A stretch of DNA of 42,213 nucleotides, taken from contig CBDTTW010000003.1 of NCBI GenBank assembly GCA_965363675.1, positions 1-42,213 on the forward strand. The letters are read 5' to 3'. The notes beneath the pieces are model-generated. The model was not told the DNA's origin. It made no database searches and saw nothing but the letters and a program-made list of their open reading frames with translations. Both the position numbers and the translations under genes were made by a program. Below, one piece after another: positions 33,021 to 42,213 of the stretch. This DNA is from an uncultured Rhodothermaceae bacterium. Lineage in GTDB: Bacteria > Bacteroidota > Rhodothermia > Rhodothermales > DASSAV01. Every line of letters starts with the position of its first letter. Position 1 is the stretch's first letter.

Positions 33021-34382
33021 ATGGCTCATCAACCTCTTATTCCGGATCCGGCCGTCGGGGCCCGCCCGGGGGCTTCCAAAACCCGCCTTGCCACCAACTA
33101 CCGGTGGGTGATCTGCGCGCTGCTCTTCTTTGCGGCGACGATCAACTATATGGATCGCCACGTGCTCGGCCTGCTCGCCGAAACCCTGGAAGCGGAGGTG
33201 GGCTGGTCGGAGGCGCAGTACGGCTACATCGTGATGGCCTTCCAGGCCACGTACGCCCTGTCGCTGATGCTCTTCGGGCGCTTCATCGACGTGATCGGCA
33301 CGAAGCGCGGCTTCAACCTCGCCGTCATCTGGTGGAGCCTGGCGGCGGCGGGGCACGCCCTGGCGCGCACCACCTTCGGCTTCGGCGTTGCGCGCGCCTT
33401 CCTGGGCGTCGGCGAGGCGGGCAACTTCCCGGCCTCGATCAAAGCCGTCGCAGAGTGGTTCCCGCGCAAGGAGCGCGCCTTTGCCACGGGCATCTTCAAC
33501 AGCGGCACCAACGTAGGCGTCATTTTCGCGGTGCTGCTGGTGCCGGTGCTGACGGCGGCGCATGGGTGGCAGACGACGTTCGTCGTGCTGGGCGCCATCG
33601 GTTTTCTGTGGGTGATCGCGTGGTCGCTGCTGTACACCGCCCCCGAGCATAGTTCGCGCGTCTCGCCCGAGGAGCTGGCCTACATCCAGAGCGACCCGCC
33701 GGAGCCCACGGTGCACATTCCGTGGGCGCGCCTGCTGCCGCACCGCCAGACGTGGGCTTTCGCCCTGGGCAAGTTCATGACCGACCCGATCTGGTGGTTC
33801 TACCTGTACTGGCTGGCGAAGTACTTGCAATCCAACTACGGCATTTCGCTCTCGGGCCTGCCGCTGCCGCTGCTGACCGTCTACATCCTTTCCGACTTCG
33901 GGAGCATCGCGGGCGGGTGGCTGTCCAGCTACTTCATCCGGCAGGGCTGGAGCGTGAACCGCGGGCGCAAGACGGCCATGTTCATCTGCGCGCTCATGGT
34001 CACCCCGATGCTGTCGCTGGCGTGGGTCAACTCGATGTGGGGCGCCATCATCATCGTCGGCATTGCGGCGGCCGGGCATCAGGCGTGGTCGGCCAACATC
34101 TTCACCACGGCCTCGGATATGTTCCCCAAGCGGGCGGTGGCTTCGGTGGTGGGCGTCGGCGGCATGTTCGGCGCCATCGGCGGGATGCTCTTTGCGCCCA
34201 CGGTGGGCAACTGGCTCGGGTGCTCGGGCGTGTTCGCTCCGGGCGGGCTCTTCGGCGGCTCGGCGTGCACCACCGAGAACTACGTGCCGGTGTTTTTCCT
34301 GTGCGGTTTCGCTTACCTGGCCGCCTTGCTCGTGATTCATCTGCTCGTGCCGCGCCTCGAACAGGCGCGCATCGACGTGTAG
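33021..34382 (+). CDS. MFS transporter, ExuT/hexuronate (ACS) type
   Basis: RWVICALLFFAATINYMDR, GEAGNFPASIKAVAEWFP..ERA.ATGIFNSG, DPIWWFYLYWL, HQAWSAN. Start at ATG 33021. Confidence 0.92.
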   Translation: MAHQPLIPDPAVGARPGASKTRLATNYRWVICALLFFAATINYMDRHVLGLLAETLEAEVGWSEAQYGYIVMAFQATYALSLMLFGRFIDVIGTKRGFNLAVIWWSLAAAGHALARTTFGFGVARAFLGVGEAGNFPASIKAVAEWFPRKERAFATGIFNSGTNVGVIFAVLLVPVLTAAHGWQTTFVVLGAIGFLWVIAWSLLYTAPEHSSRVSPEELAYIQSDPPEPTVHIPWARLLPHRQTWAFALGKFMTDPIWWFYLYWLAKYLQSNYGISLSGLPLPLLTVYILSDFGSIAGGWLSSYFIRQGWSVNRGRKTAMFICALMVTPMLSLAWVNSMWGAIIIVGIAAAGHQAWSANIFTTASDMFPKRAVASVVGVGGMFGAIGGMLFAPTVGNWLGCSGVFAPGGLFGGSACTTENYVPVFFLCGFAYLAALLVIHLLVPRLEQARIDV

Positions 34383-34604
34383 CCTACAGGCCGCGTTTTG
34401 AGCTTCAGGGGCGGGCGCCGAAAGCGTCCGCCCTTGCTGGTTTAAGCCGCTTCGGAGGCGGGCAGGCGCCGGGCCGGGGAAACCTGCGCCCCGAAGGCAA
34501 CGTTTGGAGGAGGGCCGCGCCCCGGCGCCCGGAAATTTTACGCGGTTGCCCTACGCGCGCCTCCTGCGCCGGAATTACCTTTCGGCGCCGCGCCCGGCGT
34601 GCGT

Positions 34605-34649
34605 CTTTGCACATGTGCCGGCGCGCGGCCTTTGCACATGTGCCGGCGC
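34605..34649. repeat. Perfect 20-bp direct repeat, each copy containing the palindrome GCACATGTGC
   Basis: CTTTGCACATGTGCCGGCGC at 34605-34624 and 34630-34649, 45 bp upstream of the MMPL start. Confidence 0.85.
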
Positions 34650-34694
34650 TCCCCGAGCGGAGCCCTCGCCTGACTGACCGCCTCCGACGCCTTT

Positions 34695-37256
34695 ATGAAT
34701 CGTGTTTTTTCGCTCCTGCGGCCGCTCATCCGGTCGGTCGTTCGCTTTCCCATCGTTTACCTGCTGGCGGGCCTGGGGCTGGCCGCCCTCAGCCTGTTCT
34801 ACGCCGCGAAGCTGCGTGTGGACAGCGACTTCTCGAAGCTGATCCCGGAGGACTACGCCAGCGTGCAGGCGCTGGAGAAGCTGCGCGCCACCGTGGGCGG
34901 CGAGAGCGAAGCCGCCATCGCCATCGAAAGCCCCTCCTTCGAGGCGAACAAGCGGTTTGCCGAGGCGCTCATCCCGCGGGTGCTGGCGCTCAAAAGCCCG
35001 AAGCGCGCCGAGCCGTACTTCCGGCGGGTGGACTACCGTAAGGACGTGACGTTCCTCCAGGATAACGCGCTCTACTTTGCCACGGGCGAGGAACTCGACT
35101 CGCTGGAGTCGTTTCTAAACGCGAAGATCGAGGAGGCGCGCCTGGAGGCCAACCCGTTCTTCTTCGACCTGGAGGACGAGGAGGACGACGCGGCGCCGGC
35201 GGCGGACTCGGCGGCCATCCAGTTGCAGGAGGTCTACGGCCGCCTGGTCGGCAAGGAGTACCCTGTCTCCGACGACTCGACGACGCTCGTGCTGCGCTTC
35301 TATCCCAGCGGCGCCCAGACCGACGTAGACTTCATCGCCGACGCCTACGCGGACCTCGAACGCCTCGTGGCGCAGATGCAGCCGCAGACCTATCAGCCGC
35401 AGATGGAGGTGACCCTGGCCGGGCGCCTGCTGCGCCAGATGATCGAGGTGCGCGCCATCACCGACGACGTGCAAAGCTCCTTCGGCGCAGGCGTCGCGGC
35501 CGTGCTGCTCATGGTGGTGGTGTACTTCACGTACAAGAGCTACCATGCCCGCGCCGGTTCCCGCTTCGACGGCCGCATTCTGCTTTCCAAGGTCGTGCGC
35601 GCCCCCATTCTGACGCTCGTCATCGCACTGCCGTTGCTCTCGGCGCTTTCCTGGACGTTCGGGCTGGCCTACCTGAACTACGAGACGCTGAACCTGATGA
35701 CCTCGACGCTCGGGCTCGTGCTCTTCGGCATGGGCATCGACTACGGCATCCACTTCTACGGGCGCTACACCGAGGAGCGCCGCGACGGCGCCGCGCCCGC
35801 GCAGGCCGCCGAGACCACGTTCATGACAACCGGCCAGGCCATTACGGCGACGGCTTTTACCACGTCGTCCGCGTTTTTCCTGCTCATGATCGCGGACTTC
35901 CGGGGCTTCAGCGAGTTCGGCTTCATCGCCGGGACAGGCATCCTGTTCTCGCTCGTAGCGATGGTGGTTCTGATGCCGGCGCTGCTGGTGCTCTTCGAGA
36001 AGCTGGGCTTGCTCAACCTGACCGCTGAGCGCCCCGACGGCGCAGGCCATGTCGCCGTGGCGCCGCGTCGCGCCGGGCGCGGGAATGCCCCCCGCACCAT
36101 CGTCGGCATCTGCGCGGCGCTTACGGTGGCGGCGCTCTTCTCGGTCCGCTTCGTGCAGTTCGAGTACGACTTCGGCAAGCTGGACCCGGTATACAAACAC
36201 TATAACGACTTGCAGGAAAAGGTGCGGCGCGTCTACAACGACCGCGGCTTCCGCAACCCCGCCTACGTCGTCGTGGACGACCCGGCCGACGTGCCCGAGG
36301 TGGCCGCCGCCGTGCGGCGCATCCAGGCCGCCGATACGCTCACGCCGACGATCCGGACGGTCGAGTACCTGCAAAACCGTTTTCCGACGACGCCGGACCA
36401 GGCCGAGGCGAAGCTGGCGCGCCTGGAGGTGATCCGGACGCTGCTCGCGGACCCGTTCCTGGCCGGGGCCGAGTCGCAGGACCTGGACCGGCTGCGCCGC
36501 GCCGCCGGCACGACGGCGCCGATCCAACTGGACGACGTGCCGGCCCCGCTCAAGCAGCCGTACACCTCGAAGGATGGGACCATCGGGCAACTCGTCATCA
36601 TTTATCCCTCGGTGGGGCTCTCGAACGGGCGCTACTCGATCCAGTTCTCCGAAGACGTAGGCACGATCACCACGGCGAGCGGCAAGGTGTTTCACGCCGG
36701 CTCGACGCCGCTCGTGGCGGCGGACATGCTGCGGCTCATGCGCGACGAGGCGCCGGTGATGGTGGCCCTCACGATGCTGCTCATTCTCATTTTCAAGCTC
36801 GCCATTCTGCGCTCGTTCAAGTGGGCGATGCTCTCGCTGGTGCCGCTCATAGCCGGTTTCGTGTGGCTCTTCGGCTTGATGGCGCTGTTCGGGCTGAAGC
36901 TGAACTTCTACAACCTGGTGGTGCTGCCCGCCATCCTCGGCATCGGCGACGATTCGGGCATCCATATCGTGCACCGCTACATCGAGGAGGGGCGGGGGAC
37001 CGTCTGGCGCATTCTGCGCTCGACCGGCGAGCAGGTCTCGATGAGCGCTTTGACGACGATGACGGGCTTCGGCGGGCAGATCCTTTCGTTCTACCCCGGC
37101 CTGCGGTCCATCGGCATCCTGGCCGTAATGGGCATCGGCCTGACCCTGCTGACGGCCATCGTGTTTCTGCCGGCGCTGCTGCTCATGCTGGAGGCGCGCG
37201 GCAAAGGCCCCGTCGGGACGCACGCGCACGCCGCCCCGGAGGACGCCGCCGCCTGA
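34695..37256 (+). CDS. MMPL/RND family transporter
   Basis: Two repeats of TM + large extracytoplasmic loop + 5 TM. GMGIDYGIHF and GIGDDSGIHIVHRY motifs. Confidence 0.9.
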   Translation: MNRVFSLLRPLIRSVVRFPIVYLLAGLGLAALSLFYAAKLRVDSDFSKLIPEDYASVQALEKLRATVGGESEAAIAIESPSFEANKRFAEALIPRVLALKSPKRAEPYFRRVDYRKDVTFLQDNALYFATGEELDSLESFLNAKIEEARLEANPFFFDLEDEEDDAAPAADSAAIQLQEVYGRLVGKEYPVSDDSTTLVLRFYPSGAQTDVDFIADAYADLERLVAQMQPQTYQPQMEVTLAGRLLRQMIEVRAITDDVQSSFGAGVAAVLLMVVVYFTYKSYHARAGSRFDGRILLSKVVRAPILTLVIALPLLSALSWTFGLAYLNYETLNLMTSTLGLVLFGMGIDYGIHFYGRYTEERRDGAAPAQAAETTFMTTGQAITATAFTTSSAFFLLMIADFRGFSEFGFIAGTGILFSLVAMVVLMPALLVLFEKLGLLNLTAERPDGAGHVAVAPRRAGRGNAPRTIVGICAALTVAALFSVRFVQFEYDFGKLDPVYKHYNDLQEKVRRVYNDRGFRNPAYVVVDDPADVPEVAAAVRRIQAADTLTPTIRTVEYLQNRFPTTPDQAEAKLARLEVIRTLLADPFLAGAESQDLDRLRRAAGTTAPIQLDDVPAPLKQPYTSKDGTIGQLVIIYPSVGLSNGRYSIQFSEDVGTITTASGKVFHAGSTPLVAADMLRLMRDEAPVMVALTMLLILIFKLAILRSFKWAMLSLVPLIAGFVWLFGLMALFGLKLNFYNLVVLPAILGIGDDSGIHIVHRYIEEGRGTVWRILRSTGEQVSMSALTTMTGFGGQILSFYPGLRSIGILAVMGIGLTLLTAIVFLPALLLMLEARGKGPVGTHAHAAPEDAAA

Positions 37257-37276
37257 GCCGAGCGTTCCGGGGGCGG

Positions 37277-37960
37277 CTAGCGCACGCCTTCGGCGACCAC
37301 GGCGGCCAGCAGGGCGCGCGCCTGCTCCAGCTCGTCGTCGTTGACGGTGTGCCCCATGCCGGGGTAGATGCGCTCCTCGACGTGGGCGCCGAGCCCCCGG
37401 AGCGCCTCGGCGGTTTCGTGGACGCGCGCAAGGGGGATGTGGGGGTCGCGGTCGCTGCACCCGAGCAGCACGGGCGTTCCGGCAAGCGCGCCGGGGTAAT
37501 CGCGCGGCGCGCCCTCCGGCCCGATCAGCCCGCCGCTCCAGCCGACCACGCCGCCCCAACGCGCCGCATTCCGCGCGGCGTACTCCAGCGCCAGGCACGC
37601 CCCCTGCGAGAAGCCGACGAGGACGATGCGCGCGCGCGGAACGCCCGCCTCCTCTAGCTGCTCGCGCACGTCGGTGAGGACGTTGAAGGCCGAACTCAGC
37701 TTGGGCTCGTTCCGGGCCAGGGGCGAGAGGAACGTGTACGGGTACCACGTCTGGTCGGCGGCCTGGGGCGCGACGAAGGCGAGGCCCGGAAGCGTCAGCG
37801 CTTCGGCGGCCAGGGCAATCATGCTCTCGGCCGTCGCCCCACGCCCGTGCAGCAGAACGGCGGCCGCGGCGGCCGTCGCCGGCGGCTCGCCGTGCGTACG
37901 GACGGGCATGACGAGGTGCGGATCGTAGCAGGGCGCGGGCGGACGGTTGCGAAGCTTCAT
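37277..37960 (-). CDS. Phospholipase/carboxylesterase (MhqD-like alpha/beta hydrolase)
   Basis: LLHGRG, GFSQG nucleophile elbow, D (DPHIP) and H (GMGH). Overlaps the dioxygenase stop (ATGA). Confidence 0.9.
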   Translation of the reverse strand: MKLRNRPPAPCYDPHLVMPVRTHGEPPATAAAAAVLLHGRGATAESMIALAAEALTLPGLAFVAPQAADQTWYPYTFLSPLARNEPKLSSAFNVLTDVREQLEEAGVPRARIVLVGFSQGACLALEYAARNAARWGGVVGWSGGLIGPEGAPRDYPGALAGTPVLLGCSDRDPHIPLARVHETAEALRGLGAHVEERIYPGMGHTVNDDELEQARALLAAVVAEGVR

Positions 37961-38901
37961 GGCGTCGGAAGTTTCAGCGGGGGAAGGGCGCTCTCGATGA
38001 GGTCACGGCGGTTTTCGAGCCAGGGGGGCAGCATCAGGCGCTGCCCGAGCGCCTCGGACGGCTCGTCGGCGGCGAAGCCGGGCGCGTCGGTGGCGATCTC
38101 GAACAGGACGCCGCCCGGCTCGTGGAAGTAGATCGACCGGAAGTACACCCGCTCCTGCACGGGCGTCACGCGGAAGCCGAGCGTTTGCAGGCGCTCGCGC
38201 CAGGCTTCCTGCGCGTCGGGGCCGGAGGCGCGGAACGCGACGTGGTGCAGCGCGCCGCTGCCCATCGCGCCCGGCTGCGGCGCGGCGGCAGCCGTCAGCA
38301 CGAGCGCGCTCGCCGGAGCGCCGCCGGGGGCCTCCATCAGGAGGCTGCCGGCTTTCTCGGCCGTGCGCCGGTAGCCGAACACCTCCGTCAGGAACGCCTC
38401 GGTAGGCCGGGTGCGGGCCAGGGACAGCGTTACGCTGTGCACGCTGCGCAGCGCCGCCTCGGCCGGGACGGCGGCATCCCACACCTCGGCGCCGCCTTCG
38501 TCGGGGGCCGCGCCGATAAGGAGCACGGGCAGCCCGTCCGGGTCGCGGGTGCGCAGCGCCTCGGCGCCGAAGCGGACCTCGGGCGCCGCCGGGGCGCCGC
38601 GCCGGCGCAGGCGCTCCGCCCAGTACGCCAGCGACCCGGCGGGGGCGGCAAAGGCCAGCTCGGCGGCCTGCCCTGCGCCCCGTCGCCCGGCGCGCGCCCC
38701 GGCCCACGGAAAAAAGGTGGCCAGGGTTCCGGGGCGGCCGGCGGCGTCGCCGAAGTAAAAGTGGTAGGTCTGCGGGTCGTCGAAGTTCACCGTTTGCTTG
38801 ACGAAGCGCAGCCCGAGCACGCCGGCGAAGAAGTCGAAGTTCTGCTGCGGCGGCCCGGCGATCCCGGTGACATGGTGTATTCCCGGTATGGATTCTGTCA
38901 T
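37957..38901 (-). CDS. Ring-cleaving dioxygenase/glyoxalase (MhqO/MhqA-like VOC family)
   Basis: GIHHVT, VKQTVNFDDP.TYHFYFGD, HHVAF, R.YFRSIYF.EPGG.LFEIATD.PGF. Confidence 0.93.
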   Translation of the reverse strand: MTESIPGIHHVTGIAGPPQQNFDFFAGVLGLRFVKQTVNFDDPQTYHFYFGDAAGRPGTLATFFPWAGARAGRRGAGQAAELAFAAPAGSLAYWAERLRRRGAPAAPEVRFGAEALRTRDPDGLPVLLIGAAPDEGGAEVWDAAVPAEAALRSVHSVTLSLARTRPTEAFLTEVFGYRRTAEKAGSLLMEAPGGAPASALVLTAAAAPQPGAMGSGALHHVAFRASGPDAQEAWRERLQTLGFRVTPVQERVYFRSIYFHEPGGVLFEIATDAPGFAADEPSEALGQRLMLPPWLENRRDLIESALPPLKLPTP

Positions 38902-39178
38902 GGCGATTGCGGCGCGTAGGCCCTTTCTCCGGTTGGAGCCTGCGCCTCGGCCGGATGTTCCGATCGTTGGAATGCGAGCGACCGGCCTTACAGAAATCGG
39001 CAGGGCTGCGCGCCTGCGTCTCCCGCCCGGCTAATCCGAACGGTTGAAGGGCATCTATGCTAAAGCATCGTGATGGTTACACTTAGGACGTTGTTGCTAC
39101 GCCTGCTCGCCGCCGGCAACAAGCGCGGCCGGTAGGCATAGGAAGCTTTCGATCCCCCTGACCAACCCGGAGAGTGTC

Positions 39179-39610
39179 ATGAATAGAGGCTTCACTCGAC
39201 TGCTGGCTCCCGCCTTCGCCCTGCTCCTGCTGTTCGGCGCCCCCACGGCCGCCGCCCAGGAGGCGCCTGCCGAGCCGGGCATCAGCAACCTCGTAGCCGG
39301 TTTATATGCCCTGCCGACGCAGCTTTTCGAGTTGCCGCAGGCGGCCGAGAGCCCGCAGATGCGCGTGCAAGTCGCCGACGCCGCCCAGATCGTCGGCGAG
39401 GCCCAAAAGGGCGCGCTGCTGCGCGGCATCGAACGCCAGCGCGACGACATCGCGGCGTTGCAGCAGGCGATCCCGGCCTATGCGCCGCTCGTCAGGGCGC
39501 TCGACCGCGCCGACGTGCCCCTAGCCGAGGTCATCGCTCTGGACGTGCGCGCCGACGGCTCTGTAGTGCTGTTCTACCATCCGGCCGGCGACCTGGCCCA
39601 GGGCCGCTAA
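39179..39610 (+). CDS. Hypothetical exported protein
   Basis: Signal peptide ending AAA-Q and a GGAGAG RBS. It is followed by a strong terminator. Confidence 0.65.
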   Translation: MNRGFTRLLAPAFALLLLFGAPTAAAQEAPAEPGISNLVAGLYALPTQLFELPQAAESPQMRVQVADAAQIVGEAQKGALLRGIERQRDDIAALQQAIPAYAPLVRALDRADVPLAEVIALDVRADGSVVLFYHPAGDLAQGR

Positions 39611-39647
39611 GGCGTCCGGAAAGACCGCAGGGAACTATGCTCTGCCC

Positions 39648-39684
39648 CAAAACGACCGCTCCCCTAGCCGGAGCGGTCGTTTTG
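39648..39684. terminator. Bidirectional intrinsic terminator
   Basis: Perfect 15-bp stem CAAAACGACCGCTCC / GGAGCGGTCGTTTTG between convergent genes. Confidence 0.85.
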
Positions 39685-39700
39685 CATTTGCAGAAGCGCG

Positions 39701-40627
39701 CTAGATGCGCAGGCGCCGGGGCGTAATCCAGGTGATGACGAGGCCGCCCACGACGCCGACGGTGACGACCCCGCTGGCCCCGAGGATGGAGGCCATGATG
39801 CGCCCGATGGCCGTGTGCGGCGTAATGTCGCCGTACCCGATGGAGGCGCCCGTAATGATGGCCCAGTAGAGCGCTTCCGAGTAGTCGTAACGGCTCCGGC
39901 GCTCCTCCGGAAGATCCTTGCCGGAGAGGTCTTCGATTTTCTCACTCAGGGCGCCGTTCTCGGCGTACATGAACAGCAGCGGAAACACGACGAACACCAG
40001 GGCGACCTGCACGAGCAGGTAGTTGTAGAGCATCTGCCGGCGGCGCAGCGTCCGCGTGACCTCGTAGAGATGCACGCGGTTGCGAAGCCGGAAAAGCTCG
40101 GACTCGCTCATCGCGACCGACGACGGGGCCAGTTGCAGCAGCCGGAACACCTTCTCCAGGTCGTTCTCGCGCTCGAACTGGAGGTAGGCATGGCGCAGCA
40201 CGACGTGCGCATGCTGGGTCATGTGGTCTTTCTGCTCGTGGCGGCTCTCGTCGTCCTCCGGAGGGCTATACTCGTAGAGCTTATCCGTGAACCGGACGAC
40301 GGAGAGCGGGTCGCGCCACCGGAGCGCCTCGAAGGCGTCGGCGTCGGCGGTGTTCAGCAGGTACTGGGCGACTTCGGGCGCGTCGATCAGGTCGGGGCGG
40401 CGCTGCAAGGCCAGGGCGACGGCTTCCTGAGCGCTTCGCTGCTCCGGGTCGTCGGGGCGCAGCAGGGGCAGCAGCCGGAGCAGATGCGCGCGGGTGCGCG
40501 CCGGGTCGTCGTCGCCGCGCCGAAGCTGCTCCGCAAGCCAGTCGATATCGTCGGGGCGCTCCGGAGCGGGCGCGGGGCGGCGCCGCGTGAGGAAACGGCT
40601 ATCCCTGAAGAAGCGATTGTGCGCCAT
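39701..40627 (-). CDS. Two-TM potassium channel (Ion_trans_2) with a long soluble N-terminal domain
   Basis: TM - ALYWAIITGASIGYGDITP - TM. No C-terminal RCK domain. Confidence 0.8.
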   Translation of the reverse strand: MAHNRFFRDSRFLTRRRPAPAPERPDDIDWLAEQLRRGDDDPARTRAHLLRLLPLLRPDDPEQRSAQEAVALALQRRPDLIDAPEVAQYLLNTADADAFEALRWRDPLSVVRFTDKLYEYSPPEDDESRHEQKDHMTQHAHVVLRHAYLQFERENDLEKVFRLLQLAPSSVAMSESELFRLRNRVHLYEVTRTLRRRQMLYNYLLVQVALVFVVFPLLFMYAENGALSEKIEDLSGKDLPEERRSRYDYSEALYWAIITGASIGYGDITPHTAIGRIMASILGASGVVTVGVVGGLVITWITPRRLRI

Positions 40628-41381
40628 CGATCCAGACGGGGGTTCCGCTGATGTGGGAGGCCCGGTCCGAGGCCAGGAACAGCACGAGCTGCGCCACCTG
40701 CTCCGAGGCGCCGGGCTTGCCGTCGGTGAGCGGGATTTCGCCTTCGGGAAACTCGACCGGCTCCTCGGCTTCTTCGGTGTCGCGGCGCGTTGTGTTGTCG
40801 TCTACGTGGGTGGCGATGGCGCCGGGGCAAATGGCGTTCACGCGGATCTTGTGCTTTGCCAGTTCGAGGGCGGCCATTTGCATGAAGGCGATCTGCCCCG
40901 CCTTCGACGACGAGTACGCGCTTGCCCCGGCATTGCTGAACATGCGCGTGCCGTTGACCGACGAGGTGATGATGATGGAGCCGCCCTGCTCCTTGAGCAG
41001 CGGCAACGCGTACTTGACCGTGTAGAACGTGCCCGTAAGGTTAATGTCGATGGTTTTCTTCCACTCGTCGTCGGTGATCTCGTCGATGGGCGCCCAGACG
41101 CCGTTGATGCCCGCATGGGCGAAGACGATGTCGAGGCGGCCCCAGTGCTCGCGGACGCGGCTGTAGGCGGCCTGCATGGCCGAGGCGTCGGAGATGTCGG
41201 CGGTGTGCGGCAGGCAGACCCCGCCGGCGGCCTCGATGTCGCGGGCGACGCTGCGCAGCTCGCCCTCGGTGCGACCGATAATCATGACGCGCGCTCCTTC
41301 GCGCGCGAACAGCTTGGCCGTAGCCTCGCCGATGCCTGAACCGCCGCCCGTAATGACGGCCGTTTTTCCGCTCAGCTCCAT
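40599..41381 (-). CDS. SDR family oxidoreductase
   Basis: TGGGSGIG, HAG (NAG variant), SS, YSSSK, IRVNAICPG. Confidence 0.95.
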   Translation of the reverse strand: MELSGKTAVITGGGSGIGEATAKLFAREGARVMIIGRTEGELRSVARDIEAAGGVCLPHTADISDASAMQAAYSRVREHWGRLDIVFAHAGINGVWAPIDEITDDEWKKTIDINLTGTFYTVKYALPLLKEQGGSIIITSSVNGTRMFSNAGASAYSSSKAGQIAFMQMAALELAKHKIRVNAICPGAIATHVDDNTTRRDTEEAEEPVEFPEGEIPLTDGKPGASEQVAQLVLFLASDRASHISGTPVWIDGAQSLLQG

Positions 41382-41576
41382 GATGGTTTCTCGTTAGATA
41401 GCCGGTGTGGAAGCCCCAAAGGTGCGCACGAATGCCCCCAAACGATCTGGAAGAGTTGTGAACCTTGAGGAAACTCCGGGGAACCCCAAAAACCGCCGCT
41501 TCGGAAGAACGTCAAACGGAAACACGCAGGCCGGGCAGGCTGCTTTTTACCCTGAGATTTGACCGAGAGGCATACC

Positions 41577-41936
41577 ATGGCCGATCCCAATACATCGACG
41601 AATGTGCACGGACCGGATTCGCAGCGGCCGGACGTGGAAGGCGGCGACCGCGACGCGGGCGCGTATGAGACGGGGGTAGACGCGCCGGGCGGCGGCGCCT
41701 CGGGCATCGGGCGCGGCGCCGAGGGCGCGCCGGAGACGCGGCGCGAAGGCGAGGGGGCCCCGACGCAGCAGCAAATGGAGCAAACGGGCACCGGGCAGTA
41801 CGTCTCGCGAGGGGCCGCGGACGAGGCCGAAGCCGAAGCGCACGCCGACGCCGACCAGGCGATGATCGAGCGCATGGGTCGCGGCGACGCCGAGGCCGAT
41901 GCCCCTGCCGACGACGACCGCGAGGTCAACCGCTAA
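41577..41936 (+). CDS. Acidic, Gly/Ala-rich, likely disordered hypothetical protein
   Basis: ATG 41577 after GAGAGG. D/E/G-rich with no hydrophobic core. Confidence 0.6.
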   Translation: MADPNTSTNVHGPDSQRPDVEGGDRDAGAYETGVDAPGGGASGIGRGAEGAPETRREGEGAPTQQQMEQTGTGQYVSRGAADEAEAEAHADADQAMIERMGRGDAEADAPADDDREVNR

Positions 41937-41970
41937 CGAAACCCCTGTCGAACGCTAACCCCTCCGCACT

Positions 41971-42213
41971 ATGGCAACATCCTTTCAGCCCGAGCGCCCG
42001 CATGGCACGGCCTACAACTCGTCGGGTCGCTCCACGATCATCTGGATCGCCGTGATCAGCGCCCTGCTGGTCGTGATGCTTTTTGCATACGGCCTGCCGC
42101 ACGCCGACATGGGGTACGAATCGAGCTGGATCGTCACGCTCGGCGCGGGCCTCGTGACGCTGGCGCTCGTGCTCGGCATCGGCTTCTGGCGGCAGGGCCG
42201 CTCCACGACGGCC
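41971..42213 (+). CDS. Small membrane protein (runs off window end)
   Basis: Not in the ORF track. MATSFQPERPHG...IIWIAVISALLVVMLFAYG...WIVTLGAGLVTLALVLGIGFWRQG has two TM helices and is open to the end of the window. Confidence 0.6.
   Translation, partial: MATSFQPERPHGTAYNSSGRSTIIWIAVISALLVVMLFAYGLPHADMGYESSWIVTLGAGLVTLALVLGIGFWRQGRSTTA

Noticed and set aside
34605-34649. Possible mini-CRISPR array
   Set aside because: Only two 20-bp units with a 5-bp spacer, and no cas genes.
39057-39068. ATGCT-AA-AGCAT inverted repeat upstream of the MhqO-like gene as a MarR-type operator
   Set aside because: The arms are only 5 bp, it is a single occurrence and no regulator gene is nearby. There is not enough support.
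1-42213. tRNA, rRNA, IS elements, integrases or prophage
   Set aside because: No cloverleaf/T-loop signatures, rRNA-like tracts, transposase or integrase motifs, or phage structural genes were seen by eye. tRNAscan-SE, ISEScan and geNomad would confirm.

Overview
High-GC (roughly 68-70% by eye) bacterial chromosomal segment with about 40 CDSs. The gene content suggests Rhodothermota or a related FCB lineage (inference). No rRNA, tRNA, CRISPR array, transposase or integrase was seen. The main candidate system is a divergently transcribed module at ~2.8-12.6 kb. One arm carries an HD-phosphohydrolase fused to a Pycsar-type (DUF5706/PycTM) membrane effector, heading an operon with a small PII-like ORF and an OmpR-type two-component system. 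The other arm carries a SdiA-regulated beta-propeller lipoprotein, a ~1300-aa lipoprotein (metallophosphoesterase + atypical kinase-like domain + RTX-like repeats + Omp85 barrel), a GAF protein whose C-terminus carries the ordered motifs of a divergent class III nucleotide cyclase, and a further lipoprotein. Together these suggest an uncharacterised cyclic-nucleotide signalling system spanning the envelope. A second candidate lies at ~22.3-27 kb: three gaplessly alignable small paralogous ORFs, an unannotated three-hairpin sRNA with twin CCACUUCC loops complementary to the RBS of a nearby pseudo-receiver gene, and repeated sigma-28-like promoters (TTAA/TAAG-N15-GSCGATAC). The rest is mostly ordinary: rfbA-rfbC, TerC-CNNM, tatA, DedA, an ExuT-like MFS transporter, MMPL, an MhqO/MhqD-like pair, a K+ channel, an SDR, a ferritin-like protein, a multiheme-TPR lipoprotein and an SLT-like protein. 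All calls come from motif reading by eye; no searches were run.
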